Assembly (NCBI GenBank): GCA_009704985.1 | Contig: WLDE01000002.1 | Coordinates: 1,560 to 65,559 of the forward strand | Direction: 5' to 3' | Length of the DNA: 64,000 nucleotides | From: Actinomycetota bacterium | Lineage (GTDB): Bacteria > Actinomycetota > Acidimicrobiia > Acidimicrobiales > Ilumatobacteraceae | Part shown: piece after piece, positions 43,046 to 52,467 of the stretch | Layout of the letters: each line of letters begins with the position of its first letter | Numbering within the stretch: position 1 is the stretch's first letter | Notes under the pieces: model-generated | What the model was told of the DNA's origin: nothing | The model's input: the letters and a program-made list of their open reading frames with translations, nothing else | Database searches by the model: none | Made by a program: the position numbers and the translations under genes

Positions 43046-43631
43046 CCCCAGTCGACCTCGGCTCGCCGCACCCGCACGTGTCGGCGGTGACGGCGAGCCG
43101 GAGGTGTTCTGCGCCGACGAGCAGTCCGACGTGCCCATCGATCTCGGTCGGTGGCAGTCGCTCGCGCTCGCGGTGCTCCGCGACGAGGGCGTGCGCGGCC
43201 TCGCCGAGCTGTCGATCCTGTTCGTCGCCGAGGACGAGATGGCGCAACTGAACCAGGACTACATGGGCAAGGACGGCCCCACCGACGTGCTCGCGTTCCC
43301 CATCGACGCGAGTGACGTCACCCAGGTGGTGGCGCCCTCGGGCGCCACGCGCGGCCCCGACCGGGCTCCCGTCGATCCTGGCGACCTGCCGTTGCTGCTC
43401 GGTGACGTGGTGGTGTGCCCGTCGGTCGCCGCGCAGCAGGCGCCCACGCATGCCGGCACGCTCGACGACGAGCTCGCGCTGCTCGTCGTCCACGGGATCC
43501 TCCACGTCCTCGGCCGCGACCACGCGGAACCGGCGGAGGCCGACGAGATGCGCGCACGAGAACGGGCGCTGCTCGAAGCGCACCACTGGGGCGGACCGGC
43601 ACCGGCCGGGTTCCGCCAGGAGCAGGAGTGA
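43038..43631 (+). CDS. ybeY: rRNA maturation endoribonuclease YbeY
   Basis: Zinc motif HGILHVLGRDH. GTG 43038 overlaps the phoH end by 8 nt; the start is uncertain. Confidence 0.85.
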   Translation: MADPSRPRLAAPARVGGDGEPEVFCADEQSDVPIDLGRWQSLALAVLRDEGVRGLAELSILFVAEDEMAQLNQDYMGKDGPTDVLAFPIDASDVTQVVAPSGATRGPDRAPVDPGDLPLLLGDVVVCPSVAAQQAPTHAGTLDDELALLVVHGILHVLGRDHAEPAEADEMRARERALLEAHHWGGPAPAGFRQEQE

Positions 43632-43636
43632 GCGGA

Positions 43637-44941
43637 ATGTCGCAAGCCGACACCTGGATGCTGGTCGCGATCGGCGCGCTGCTGGGCGTGCTGGTGTTCC
43701 TCGCCGTCGCGGAGATGGGCCTGTCGCGCATCAGCCGCCACCGGGCCCAGAGCCTCGCCGACGCCGGCAGCAAGTCCGGCAAGGCGCTGCTGTGGCTCGT
43801 CAGCAAGCCCGAGCGGTGGGTCAACCCGCTGTTGCTCACCGTCAACATCTGTCAGACGGTGCAGGCCACCCTCACCGGTATCGTCGCCAACCGCCTCTTC
43901 GGCGGCGCCGGCGTCGCGATCGGTGTCGTGCTCAACGTCATCGTGTTCTTCGTCCTCGCCGAGGCGGTGCCGAAGACCTACGCCGTGCTGTACCCCGAAC
44001 GTGCTGCCCGCTTCGCCGCACGGCCCGTGCTCGCCCTGGTGCGGTTCCCGTTGCTGCGGTGGGTCTCGCGTGGCCTGATCGGTCTCACCAACGTCATCGT
44101 CAAGGGCAAAGGCCTCGAGAAGGGTCCGTTCGTCGACGAGCAGGAGTTGCTCGGCATCGTCGAGACGGCGGCCGAGGAAGGCGTGGTGGAACACGAGGAG
44201 CGCGAGCTCATCGAGAGCATCATCGAGTTCGGCGACACGGTGGTGCGCGAGGTGATGGTGCCCCGACCCGACATGGTCACGATCGAGTACCTCGCCACCG
44301 TCACCCAGGCGCTCGACGTCGCGATCGAGCACGGCTACAGCCGGTTGCCAGTGCTCGGCGACGGTGAGGACGACGACGTCGTCGGCCTCGCCTACACCAA
44401 GGACCTCATGCGGGTGGAGCGCGAAGGTGGCGGGGCCCGTCCCGTGACCGACCTGGTCCGGCCGGTGCGCTTCATCCCCGAGAACAAGCCGCTGAACCGC
44501 CTCATGCGAGAGATGCAGTCCGAGAAGTTCCACCTGGCGATCGTGGCCGACGAGTACGGCGCCATCGCCGGGCTCGTCACGCTGGAGGACTGCCTCGAAG
44601 AGCTCGTCGGCGACATCGTCGACGAGTACGACAGCGAGGACCCCGAGATCGTCCACCAGCCCGACGGCACGTTCCTCGTCGACGGCCGCGTCGCGATCGA
44701 CGAGCTCGACGAAGTGCTGCACACCGAACTGCCCGACGACGACTGGGACACCCTCGGTGGTCTGGTGTTCAACACCCTCGGGCACGTGCCGGTGGAGGGC
44801 GAGCACCTCGTCACCCACGGGTGGCGGTTCACGGTGCGGGAGATGGAGGGTCGGCGCATCAAGCGCGTCGAGATCGCCCGCGAGATCGAGAGCGACGACG
44901 ACGAGTTCGCCGACGACGATCGGCGACAGACCGCGCAGTAG
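43637..44941 (+). CDS. CNNM/hemolysin-family protein (DUF21 membrane domain + CBS pair + CorC_HlyC)
   Basis: ATG 43637. N-terminal TM helices, a CBS pair (VREVMVPRPDMV..., HLAIVADEYGAIAGLVTLED) and a C-terminal transporter-associated domain. Confidence 0.85.
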   Translation: MSQADTWMLVAIGALLGVLVFLAVAEMGLSRISRHRAQSLADAGSKSGKALLWLVSKPERWVNPLLLTVNICQTVQATLTGIVANRLFGGAGVAIGVVLNVIVFFVLAEAVPKTYAVLYPERAARFAARPVLALVRFPLLRWVSRGLIGLTNVIVKGKGLEKGPFVDEQELLGIVETAAEEGVVEHEERELIESIIEFGDTVVREVMVPRPDMVTIEYLATVTQALDVAIEHGYSRLPVLGDGEDDDVVGLAYTKDLMRVEREGGGARPVTDLVRPVRFIPENKPLNRLMREMQSEKFHLAIVADEYGAIAGLVTLEDCLEELVGDIVDEYDSEDPEIVHQPDGTFLVDGRVAIDELDEVLHTELPDDDWDTLGGLVFNTLGHVPVEGEHLVTHGWRFTVREMEGRRIKRVEIAREIESDDDEFADDDRRQTAQ

Positions 44942-44952
44942 GGTCCGCCCCC

Positions 44953-45726
44953 GTGCAGATCTCACTCGACGGCAAGGTCGCGCTGGTCACCGGCGCATCG
45001 AAGGGCATCGGCAAGGCGATCGCCGGCTCGCTCGCCCGCAGCGGGGCTCGCGTGATGCTGGTGTCGCGCAAGCTCGATCAGCTCGAGGCAGCCCGCGCAG
45101 ACCTGGTCGCCGCGGCCGAGGCGGCCGGTGTGGCCGTGGAGCTGGAGGTGTTCGCCGCGAACGTGGGCGACCTCGACGCCGCGCAAGCGTGCGTGGCCGC
45201 CACCGTCGAGCGCTTCGGACCCGTCGACGTGCTCGTCAACAACGCCGCGACCAACCCGTACTTCGGTGCCACCCTCGGCGTCGACACCGCCCGCTACGAC
45301 AAGACGTTCCAGGTCAACCTCGCCGGTCCGCTGTTCTGGACCAAGGCGGTGTGGGAGGCCGGGATGCACGAGCGGCCCGGCGTGGTGGTGAACATCGCCT
45401 CGGTCGGCGGCCTGCGCGCAGAGGCGGGTCTCGGGGTCTACAACCTCACGAAGGCCGCGCTCATCCACCTCACCCGACAGCTGGCGTCCGAGCTCGGACC
45501 CACCCGCGTCGTCGGCGTTGCACCCGGGCTGGTGCAGACCGACTTCGCCGCGTTCCTGGTCGACAACTTCGGCGACAAGCTCGCCGCACAGCTGCCGCTG
45601 AAGCGCCTCGGTGAACCGCAGGACATCGCCAACCTCGTCACGTTCCTCGCGAGCGACGCGGCGAGCTGGATCACCGGCGAGACCTACGTGATCGACGGCG
45701 GGGCCGGCGTCCGCGGCGTCGCCTGA
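44953..45726 (+). CDS. SDR family oxidoreductase
   Basis: GTG 44953. TGASKGIG, NNAA, and the S...YNLTK triad. Confidence 0.85.
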   Translation: MQISLDGKVALVTGASKGIGKAIAGSLARSGARVMLVSRKLDQLEAARADLVAAAEAAGVAVELEVFAANVGDLDAAQACVAATVERFGPVDVLVNNAATNPYFGATLGVDTARYDKTFQVNLAGPLFWTKAVWEAGMHERPGVVVNIASVGGLRAEAGLGVYNLTKAALIHLTRQLASELGPTRVVGVAPGLVQTDFAAFLVDNFGDKLAAQLPLKRLGEPQDIANLVTFLASDAASWITGETYVIDGGAGVRGVA

Positions 45727-45750
45727 GGCCGATCGACCTTCCGGCTCCGC

Positions 45751-47034
45751 TCAGTCGAACCAGGGGTCGGACCGGGCCACGGGTGTCTCGTCCTGCGATC
45801 CGGCGTGCCGCTTGGTCGACAGCGCACGGACGATGTTGGCCGTGTTGACGTTGGTGAGCAGCACCGCCATCGCGCAGCACATCACGATCGCGGCGACGAC
45901 GTAGGTGCCGCGGAGGCCGAACTGCGCCGCCACCTGGCCGCCGATCAGGGACCCGATGGGCAACGTGCCCCACGCGAACCAGCGGTAGACGCTGTTCACG
46001 CGTCCGAACAGCTCGGTGGGGATCACCTTCTGCCGGAGCGACACCGTGACCACGTTCCACACCGCGGTGGCCGCCGACTCGATCATCACCGCGAGCGCGA
46101 CGAACCAGACACGCGGGTAGAGCGCGGTGGCGAGCAGGGTGACGATCCACGTCGTGATCGCCCCGTAGATGCACATCGTCTGCCCGAGCCGGGCCACGAC
46201 GCGGTCACCGAGCAGCCCTCCGACGACGGCCCCGATGCCCATGAGCGCGAGCAGGAAGCCGTACTGCATCTCGGAGACCCCGAGCTCCTCCAGCGCGAAG
46301 AGGACGAACACGGCCTGCGGGATCTGGAACGCCAGGTTGGTGAGCGCGAGGGCGAGCGCGATCGACCGAAGGAGCGGCTGGCGCCAGAGCCAGCGGAACC
46401 CGGTTCGCATCTCGGCGTACATCGAGGCCGACTCGTGACGCGGCGCCGTCGACGCGCGGAAGTCGCCACGGATCGGCATGATCAGCACCACCGCCACCGC
46501 GAACGTGACCGCGTCGATGCCGAACGGCCAGGCGATCCCGGTCGCGAACAGCAGCGAACCGAGCGGTGTGCCGATGAAGGTGTTGGCCGCGAGGTCGAGC
46601 GCGAGCTTGCGCCCGTTGGCCTTCTCCAGCAGGTGCTGGGGCACGACCTCGGGGAGCAGCGCCTCGGTGGAGTTGTCGAAGAACACCTCCGCGGTGCCGA
46701 GCCCGAACGCGAGGAGCCACAGCATCCAGATCTCGGCGACGTCGAAGGTGAGCGACAGCGTGAGCAGACCGAGGATCACGGCGCGCACCGTGTCGGTCAC
46801 GACCATGATCCGCTTGCGGTCGGAGCGGTCGATGATCGCCCCGATCGGCAGCGAGAACAGCAACCAGGGCAGCAGCGCGGCGACGGCGACCAGCGAGATC
46901 GCCACCTCGTCGCGGGTGATGCTCGCCGCGAGCAGTGGCAGCGCTGCCAGGAAGATCCCGTCGCCGAGGTTCGAGATGCCCGAGGCCGAGAGAAGCCGCC
47001 AGTAGTCGCGCGGCAGGGCGTCGGCCGAGGTCAT
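45751..47034 (-). CDS. MFS transporter
   Basis: ATG 47034 overlaps the upstream SDR stop (ATGA). 12-TM layout with GAIIDRSDRKR (MFS motif A-like). Confidence 0.8.
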   Translation of the reverse strand: MTSADALPRDYWRLLSASGISNLGDGIFLAALPLLAASITRDEVAISLVAVAALLPWLLFSLPIGAIIDRSDRKRIMVVTDTVRAVILGLLTLSLTFDVAEIWMLWLLAFGLGTAEVFFDNSTEALLPEVVPQHLLEKANGRKLALDLAANTFIGTPLGSLLFATGIAWPFGIDAVTFAVAVVLIMPIRGDFRASTAPRHESASMYAEMRTGFRWLWRQPLLRSIALALALTNLAFQIPQAVFVLFALEELGVSEMQYGFLLALMGIGAVVGGLLGDRVVARLGQTMCIYGAITTWIVTLLATALYPRVWFVALAVMIESAATAVWNVVTVSLRQKVIPTELFGRVNSVYRWFAWGTLPIGSLIGGQVAAQFGLRGTYVVAAIVMCCAMAVLLTNVNTANIVRALSTKRHAGSQDETPVARSDPWFD

Positions 47035-47852
47035 GGAGCTGTCGCGTCGCCCAGTCGTGAGAACGCTCCCGGCAGGTCGGGGTAGCGCTTGGTGGAGGCG
47101 CCCCCGTCCACCGAGAAGAACCCGGCGGACACGAAGTCCGATCCGGGTCCGGCGAGGAACGCCACCATCGACGCGATGTCCGCCGGCTGTGCGAACCGGC
47201 CGACCGTGGTGTTCTCGACGAACTCCTCGACGACGCCGGGAATCATGAAGAACGCCGACGTCGCGTTCGTCTGCACGAGCCCCGGTGCCACCGTGTTCAC
47301 CCGGATGCGGCGGTGGCCGAGCTCCATCGCGGCGACGCGGGTGAGCATCGCGACACCCGCCTTCGCGGTGCAGTACGCGGCCATGCCCTCGGCCGGCTGG
47401 ATCGCGTTGAGCGAAGCGATGTTCACGATGCTCCCACCGTCGTTCATCACGCGGCCCGCGTGCTTCACGGTGAGGAACACCCCGGTCAGGCAGAGATCGA
47501 TGATCTCCTGCCAGCTCTCCAGTGGGTGATCGACGATCGGTGAGTACGCGCCCTTGCCGGCGTTCGCGACGGCGATGTCGAGCCCACCCCGGTCGGTCGC
47601 GAGGTCGGCCAGCGCGGCGACGGAGGACTCCTCCGTCACGTCGCACACCTGGACGATCACCCGGTCGCCGTGCTCGGCCTGCAGGGCGTCGAGCCCTGCG
47701 GCATCGAGGTCGCCGGCGATGACGACGGCGCCGTCGTCGACGAACCGGTCGGTGATCGCCCGGCCGATGCCTGCTGCTGCGCCGGTGACCAGCGCCAGCC
47801 TTCCGTGGAGTGACCCACTGGCCGTCGGGGCGCGTCCGTGCTCTGGATCCAT
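47031..47852 (-). CDS. SDR family oxidoreductase
   Basis: TGAAAGIG, ANAG, and the S...YCTAK triad. Confidence 0.85.
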   Translation of the reverse strand: MDPEHGRAPTASGSLHGRLALVTGAAAGIGRAITDRFVDDGAVVIAGDLDAAGLDALQAEHGDRVIVQVCDVTEESSVAALADLATDRGGLDIAVANAGKGAYSPIVDHPLESWQEIIDLCLTGVFLTVKHAGRVMNDGGSIVNIASLNAIQPAEGMAAYCTAKAGVAMLTRVAAMELGHRRIRVNTVAPGLVQTNATSAFFMIPGVVEEFVENTTVGRFAQPADIASMVAFLAGPGSDFVSAGFFSVDGGASTKRYPDLPGAFSRLGDATAP

Positions 47853-47864
47853 CGGCCGCCGACC

Positions 47865-49034
47865 CTAGTCGGACGGACGGCCCGCGTCGGACGGACGGCC
47901 CGAGTCGGTGGACGGCGGGTGGTGGGCCGCCAACGCAGCGCGCACGACCTTGCCCAGCGCGGTGCGGGGGATCGCCGCCACCCGCACCAGCGCTCTCGGG
48001 GCCACGTACGGCGGGTGCCGTTCGGTGACGAGCCGTCGGAGTTCGTCGAGGGTGGGAGACGTGGCCGGGTCGGCGGCGACCACCCAGGCGACCACCCGCT
48101 GGCCCCACTCGGGGTCGTCGACACCGGCGACGGCGACGTCGGTGACCGCAGGATGGCGCCGCAGCTCGGCCTCCACGACCTCGGGCCAGACCTTCTCACC
48201 ACCGGTGACGATGAGGTCGCCCCGCCGTCCCTCCACATGCAGGCGACCGTCAGGCCTCCAGTGGCCGAGGTCGCCCGTGTGCAACCACCCCTGGTCGTCG
48301 ACCGGTGTGGAGCCGTCGCGGTAGCAGCGCAGGAGCATCGGACCGCGCACCAGGATCTCGCCGTCGGCGGCCACCTGCACCTCGACGTCGTCGAGCGGCA
48401 CGCCGTCGTACACGACACCGCTGCCGGTCTCGGTCATGCCGTAGGTGGTGACGGTGTTCGCCGGGCGATCGGCCGGTGGGCGGCTGCCGCCGAGCACGAT
48501 CAGGCGGAAGAGACTCGGGTCGATGCGACGCAGCGCGGTCGCGACCAGGCTCACGAGCGTGGCGCCGTCGCGCGCCGCGGCCGTGACGGCGGCGGCGTCG
48601 AAGCCGGGCAGGACGGTGAGACGGGTCCCGGCGTCCCACGCCTTGGTGAGCACCGAGAACCCTCCGATGTGCGCGAGCGGCAGGCACGCGAGCCAGTGGT
48701 CCTCGGTGGTCACGCCGAGGCGGCGGGAGGTCGAGCGCGCCGATGCGGTGAGCGCCTCGTGGGTGAGCACGACCCCCTTCGGCTGACCGGTCGATCCGCT
48801 CGTCGGCATCACCAGCGCATCGCCGGGTTCCACCGGCAGCCCTCCGTCGAGCAGGTGCTCACCGGTGTGGTCCGTGAGCGCCACGGGCCGCATCGTCCGG
48901 AGCAGCGCATCTCGTGCGATCGGGGGCAGCCGAGGATCGACCGGGAGCACGGCATCGCCCTCGTCCCAGGCACGACGCACCGCGGTCGTGAACGCAGGGC
49001 CGCCCGGGAGGTCGATCGCGACGAGTCGCTGCAC
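47865..49034 (-). CDS. menE: o-Succinylbenzoate-CoA ligase
   Basis: Short (389 aa) adenylate-forming enzyme with TSGSTGQPKGV, YGMTETG, TGDLG and GGEKV. Lies in the men gene neighbourhood. The 3-prime end carries an 18-nt duplication (GRPSD x2). Confidence 0.75.
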   Translation of the reverse strand: MQRLVAIDLPGGPAFTTAVRRAWDEGDAVLPVDPRLPPIARDALLRTMRPVALTDHTGEHLLDGGLPVEPGDALVMPTSGSTGQPKGVVLTHEALTASARSTSRRLGVTTEDHWLACLPLAHIGGFSVLTKAWDAGTRLTVLPGFDAAAVTAAARDGATLVSLVATALRRIDPSLFRLIVLGGSRPPADRPANTVTTYGMTETGSGVVYDGVPLDDVEVQVAADGEILVRGPMLLRCYRDGSTPVDDQGWLHTGDLGHWRPDGRLHVEGRRGDLIVTGGEKVWPEVVEAELRRHPAVTDVAVAGVDDPEWGQRVVAWVVAADPATSPTLDELRRLVTERHPPYVAPRALVRVAAIPRTALGKVVRAALAAHHPPSTDSGRPSDAGRPSD

Positions 49035-49283
49035 GACTGCAGGCTACGGAACGGATCGCCGTGGTCGGGCGCCCGCGTCGCGTGAGTCTCCTACGATGCT
49101 CCCATCGAGTCCGAGCGAGCCCCCGATCGATCTCTCGATCCCGACGACGACCGACCAGCCCCCGTGGCGGGTGCCGGCGACTCGTCGCGTCGTGGCGCGG
49201 GGCCCCTCGCCGGGCTCGAGCGGCTCGACGCGCAGTGGGCGTCGACGCAGCGGGGCGGTCGTGGTGCGCGGACCCGCTCGCCG

Positions 49284-49946
49284 ATGGCCACGGCCGTCCG
49301 GGCCGACTTCCGCTCGTCGCGATGGCGAGGCCGGCTCGCCCTGATCGCCGTCGTCGCGTGGATCGCCTACGAGTGGGGACCCGGCAACGAGACGGTCACA
49401 CCGTTCCTGGTGCTGGCGGTGCTCGACCGCACCGAGGCCGGGGTCGCGTCGGTGGTGGTGCCGGCGACCGTCGGGTTCGCCTTCACCCTGGTGCAGCAGT
49501 TGCTGTCCGGCGTCACCGCGCTCGCCGGGTTCTCGATGTTCGCGGGCACCGCGCAGGCCGCCTGGCGACGTCTCAGCGTCGACGGCACCAAGGAGGTGCG
49601 TGGCTGGCACGAGATCGGCGGGGCGGCCAAGGTCGCGGTGGCCTGGGGCCTCGGCACCACGGCGGTGGCACTCGCGCAGATCGTCACCACCGGGACGGTC
49701 GGCGTGGTTCGGCACCTGCGTGCGGTCGTGCAGAGTGCGTTCCTGGCCGCCACCGGCGTCGGCGTGCTGGCCGCGGGGGTGGGAGGTCTGGCCTGGCTCG
49801 GGCGTTCGGTGCCGTCGATGCGCGGGTCGACCGACGTGGTGATCCGGGTGCTCGGCAACCCGCTGCTGTGGCTGGGGCTCGTGGTGGTGACGCTCGTCAT
49901 GGATCGCCGCGCTGCTCGCAGAGCGACCGCCGTGGCCGGCAGCTGA
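49284..49946 (+). CDS. Polytopic membrane protein of unknown function
   Basis: Hydrophobic segments throughout. The start is uncertain (ATG 49284 or the tracked 49164). Confidence 0.5.
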   Translation: MATAVRADFRSSRWRGRLALIAVVAWIAYEWGPGNETVTPFLVLAVLDRTEAGVASVVVPATVGFAFTLVQQLLSGVTALAGFSMFAGTAQAAWRRLSVDGTKEVRGWHEIGGAAKVAVAWGLGTTAVALAQIVTTGTVGVVRHLRAVVQSAFLAATGVGVLAAGVGGLAWLGRSVPSMRGSTDVVIRVLGNPLLWLGLVVVTLVMDRRAARRATAVAGS

Positions 49947-49959
49947 CAGACTCCACCGG

Positions 49960-50853
49960 ATGCCCACCGCGACCTCCCGACCCTCGTTGCGCACCTGGGT
50001 GGCCGGTGCCCGGCCCCGCACCCTGCCCGCCGCCGTCGTGCCGGTCGCGCTCGGGGCCGTGGTGGGCGTGGGGCAGGGCGGCGCACGCTGGTGGACCGTC
50101 GCGCCGGCGCTCGTGGTGAGCCTCGCCCTGCAGGTGGGCGTGAACTATGCGAACGACTACAGCGACGGCATCCGAGGTACCGACGACAGCCGCGTGGGTC
50201 CGGTGCGACTCGTCGCGAGCGGCCTCGCCGCACCAGGTGCGGTCAAGCGCGCCGCGTTCGCGTCGTTCGGGGTCGCCGCGGTGGCCGGTCTCGTGGTGGC
50301 AGCCACCACGTCGTGGTGGCTGCTGGTGGTCGGCGCGGCCAGCGTGCTCGCCGGGTGGTTCTACACGGGTGGCTCGCACCCCTACGGCTACCTGGGGCTC
50401 GGCGAGGTGTTCGTGTTCGTGTTCTTCGGGTTGGTGGCCACGGTGGGGACGACCTTCGTGGTGCTGGAACGGTTGCCCGCGCTCACCTGGGTGCTCGGTT
50501 CGGTGGCGGGGTGCCTGGCGTGCGCGCTGCTCGTGGTGAACAACCTGCGCGACATCCCGACCGATCGCGAGGTCGGCAAGCGGACGCTCGCCGTGCGCCT
50601 CGGCGACCGGGCCACCCGGCGCCTCTACGAACTGCTGCTCGCAGCGGCGTTCGTGCTGCTCGTGGTGGCCGCACTGATCGGTCCGGTCGGGGCGCTCGCC
50701 GGGCTGGCCGGTGTGGTGGTGGCGGTGCCTGCGGTCCGCGCGGTGTCGGGCGGCGCGGTCGGTCGTGACCTCGTCGCCGTCCTGGGGACGACCGGGCGGG
50801 TGCAGCTCGTCGTCGGCGTGCTGACCACCGCCGGCGTCGCGTTCACGGCCTGA
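49960..50853 (+). CDS. menA: 1,4-dihydroxy-2-naphthoate polyprenyltransferase
   Basis: UbiA-family motifs (VNYANDYSDGIRGTD; NNLRDIPTDREVGKRTLAV). Confidence 0.85.
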   Translation: MPTATSRPSLRTWVAGARPRTLPAAVVPVALGAVVGVGQGGARWWTVAPALVVSLALQVGVNYANDYSDGIRGTDDSRVGPVRLVASGLAAPGAVKRAAFASFGVAAVAGLVVAATTSWWLLVVGAASVLAGWFYTGGSHPYGYLGLGEVFVFVFFGLVATVGTTFVVLERLPALTWVLGSVAGCLACALLVVNNLRDIPTDREVGKRTLAVRLGDRATRRLYELLLAAAFVLLVVAALIGPVGALAGLAGVVVAVPAVRAVSGGAVGRDLVAVLGTTGRVQLVVGVLTTAGVAFTA

Positions 50854-50864
50854 CGATTCCGCAG

Positions 50865-50902
50865 GCGACCGGCCGGACGCCCACGCGTCCGCCGGTGGTC
50901 GC
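50865..50902. terminator. Imperfect long GC hairpin between convergent menA and menH
   Basis: GCGACC...GGACG-cccacg-CGTCC...GGTCGC. Outer 6-bp and inner 5-bp stems with an internal bulge. Confidence 0.35.
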
Positions 50903-50910
50903 GTGTGCCG

Positions 50911-51690
50911 TCAGCGGCGACCCGCGGCGAGGAAGCCCTCGATGCGAGTGGCCACCTGCATCGGCTGCTGCAGGTGGGCCGCGTGGCCGGCGTCGAGCAC
51001 GGTGGCGAACGTGCCCTCGGGGACCGAGGCGGCGATCCGTTCCGCGATCGGGACGAACTTGTGGTCGTGCTCGCCCGCCATCGCGAACACCGGCATGTTC
51101 AGCTCGACCAGCCGCTCCCAGAGCGGCACCTGGGTGCCGGTCCCGCAGAGCCGCAGGCTCGACGCCAGTCCGGCGGCGGTGTTGCGCAGCCGGTCGGCGC
51201 GCTCGTCGGGGTCCAGCGCGAGCCCGTGGAACAGCGGCTGCGCCGTCCACTCGTCGAGGAACGCGTCGACGCCGACATCGAGCAGGTGCTGGGCGAGACG
51301 TTCGTCGCTGGCGCGGCGGGCCGAGCGCTCGTCGTCGTCGACGATGCCCGGCGTCGCGCCGATGAGCACGAGCCGGTCCACGATGTGCGGGTACATGAGC
51401 GCGAGGTGCAGGCACACGCGTCCGCCGAGGCTGTAGCCCACGTACACGGCGGGGCCGGTGGTGCTGGCGAGCAGGTCGGCGGTCCGCCGGAGGTCGGCGC
51501 GCACGTTGCCCGAGTCACCGTGACCCGGCAGGTCGACGAGCACCGCCTCGCGGCGGTGCGCGGCGACGTGCTCGGCCACCGGCGCCCACGAGCGCCCGGT
51601 CTGGGTGAAGCCGTGGACGAACACCATCCGCGGCCCCGTGCCTCGGGTGCGGGCCGCGAGCGGTCCGGCGAGGACCCTCCAGTCAGGCAT
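50911..51690 (-). CDS. menH: Alpha/beta hydrolase, 2-succinyl-6-hydroxy-2,4-cyclohexadiene-1-carboxylate synthase-like
   Basis: HGFTQTGRSW and the nucleophile elbow GYSLGG. Positioned beside menD. Confidence 0.7.
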   Translation of the reverse strand: MPDWRVLAGPLAARTRGTGPRMVFVHGFTQTGRSWAPVAEHVAAHRREAVLVDLPGHGDSGNVRADLRRTADLLASTTGPAVYVGYSLGGRVCLHLALMYPHIVDRLVLIGATPGIVDDDERSARRASDERLAQHLLDVGVDAFLDEWTAQPLFHGLALDPDERADRLRNTAAGLASSLRLCGTGTQVPLWERLVELNMPVFAMAGEHDHKFVPIAERIAASVPEGTFATVLDAGHAAHLQQPMQVATRIEGFLAAGRR

Positions 51691-52432
51691 CGGCAGCGGT
51701 ACCGGCGGTGCCGGCGGTGTCCGGGGTGTCGGGGGTGTCGGGGGTGTCGGGGGTGTCGGCGGTCGCTCGGAGGCGGTCGGCGAGGCGCCGGAGCACCTGG
51801 ACGAACACGTCGCGCTCCTGTGCTCCGGGCACCATCCACCCCTGGCCCTCGGGCCCGGCGAACACGAACGTGGGCACGGCGGTGATGTCGTGGTCGCGGG
51901 CGAACGACAGGAATCGACGCACCTCGTCGGCGCCGTCGTCGCTCTCGAGGAACGCCGCCACGCGGTCGCGATCCAGGCCGACGTCGGCGGCGCAGTCGGC
52001 GAGCACGTCGGGATCGCCGATGTCCAGGCCGTCCTCGAAGTAGGCGCGCAGCAGACGGTCCTTCATCGCGGACTGGTGGCCGGTCGCCTCGGTGAGCCAC
52101 AGCAACCGGTGCGCCAGCAACGTGTTCGCGCGCAACGCCCGGTCCATGCGGAACTCGATGCCCTCGGACGCAGCGACGTCGGTCACGTGCCCGATGATCT
52201 GCGCGGCCCGCTCGGGGCCGCCGAACTTCTTCGCGTACGCCTCGCTCACCGGGGTGGCCTTCCCGGGCGACGCGGTGGGATCGAGCTGGTAGGGCCGGTA
52301 GACGGCACGCACCTCGATGTCGTCACCCGCCTCCCGCAACGCCGCCACGGCGTTCTCGAACCGGCGTTTGCCGATGTAGCACCACGGGCAGACGACGTCG
52401 GACCAGATCTCCACCTCGAGCACGGTCGGCAT
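51683..52432 (-). CDS. DsbA-family (FrnE-like) thiol oxidoreductase with repeat tail
   Basis: CPWC active site (SDVVCPWCYIGKRRF). Its 3-prime end overlaps the menH start by 8 nt. Confidence 0.8.
   Translation of the reverse strand: MPTVLEVEIWSDVVCPWCYIGKRRFENAVAALREAGDDIEVRAVYRPYQLDPTASPGKATPVSEAYAKKFGGPERAAQIIGHVTDVAASEGIEFRMDRALRANTLLAHRLLWLTEATGHQSAMKDRLLRAYFEDGLDIGDPDVLADCAADVGLDRDRVAAFLESDDGADEVRRFLSFARDHDITAVPTFVFAGPEGQGWMVPGAQERDVFVQVLRRLADRLRATADTPDTPDTPDTPDTAGTAGTAADA
51698..51760. repeat. 9-nt periodic tandem repeat (GGTGTCGGG-type, 7 units) inside the dsbA-like 3-prime end
   Basis: Read directly. On the coding strand it encodes DTPDTPDTPDTPDTAGTAGT. Confidence 0.85.
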
Positions 52433-52467
52433 GGATCCACCCTAGAGCGCCCCGTATCGTTCACGGC

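Noticed and set aside
49096-49344. An alternative ORF (MLPSSPSEPPIDLSIPTTTDQPP...) in the spacer after menE that could indicate a frameshifted start for the membrane protein at 49284..49946.
   Set aside because: It has a Pro/Ser/Arg-rich composition, no motif and no evident RBS. I cannot distinguish it from noise without homologues.
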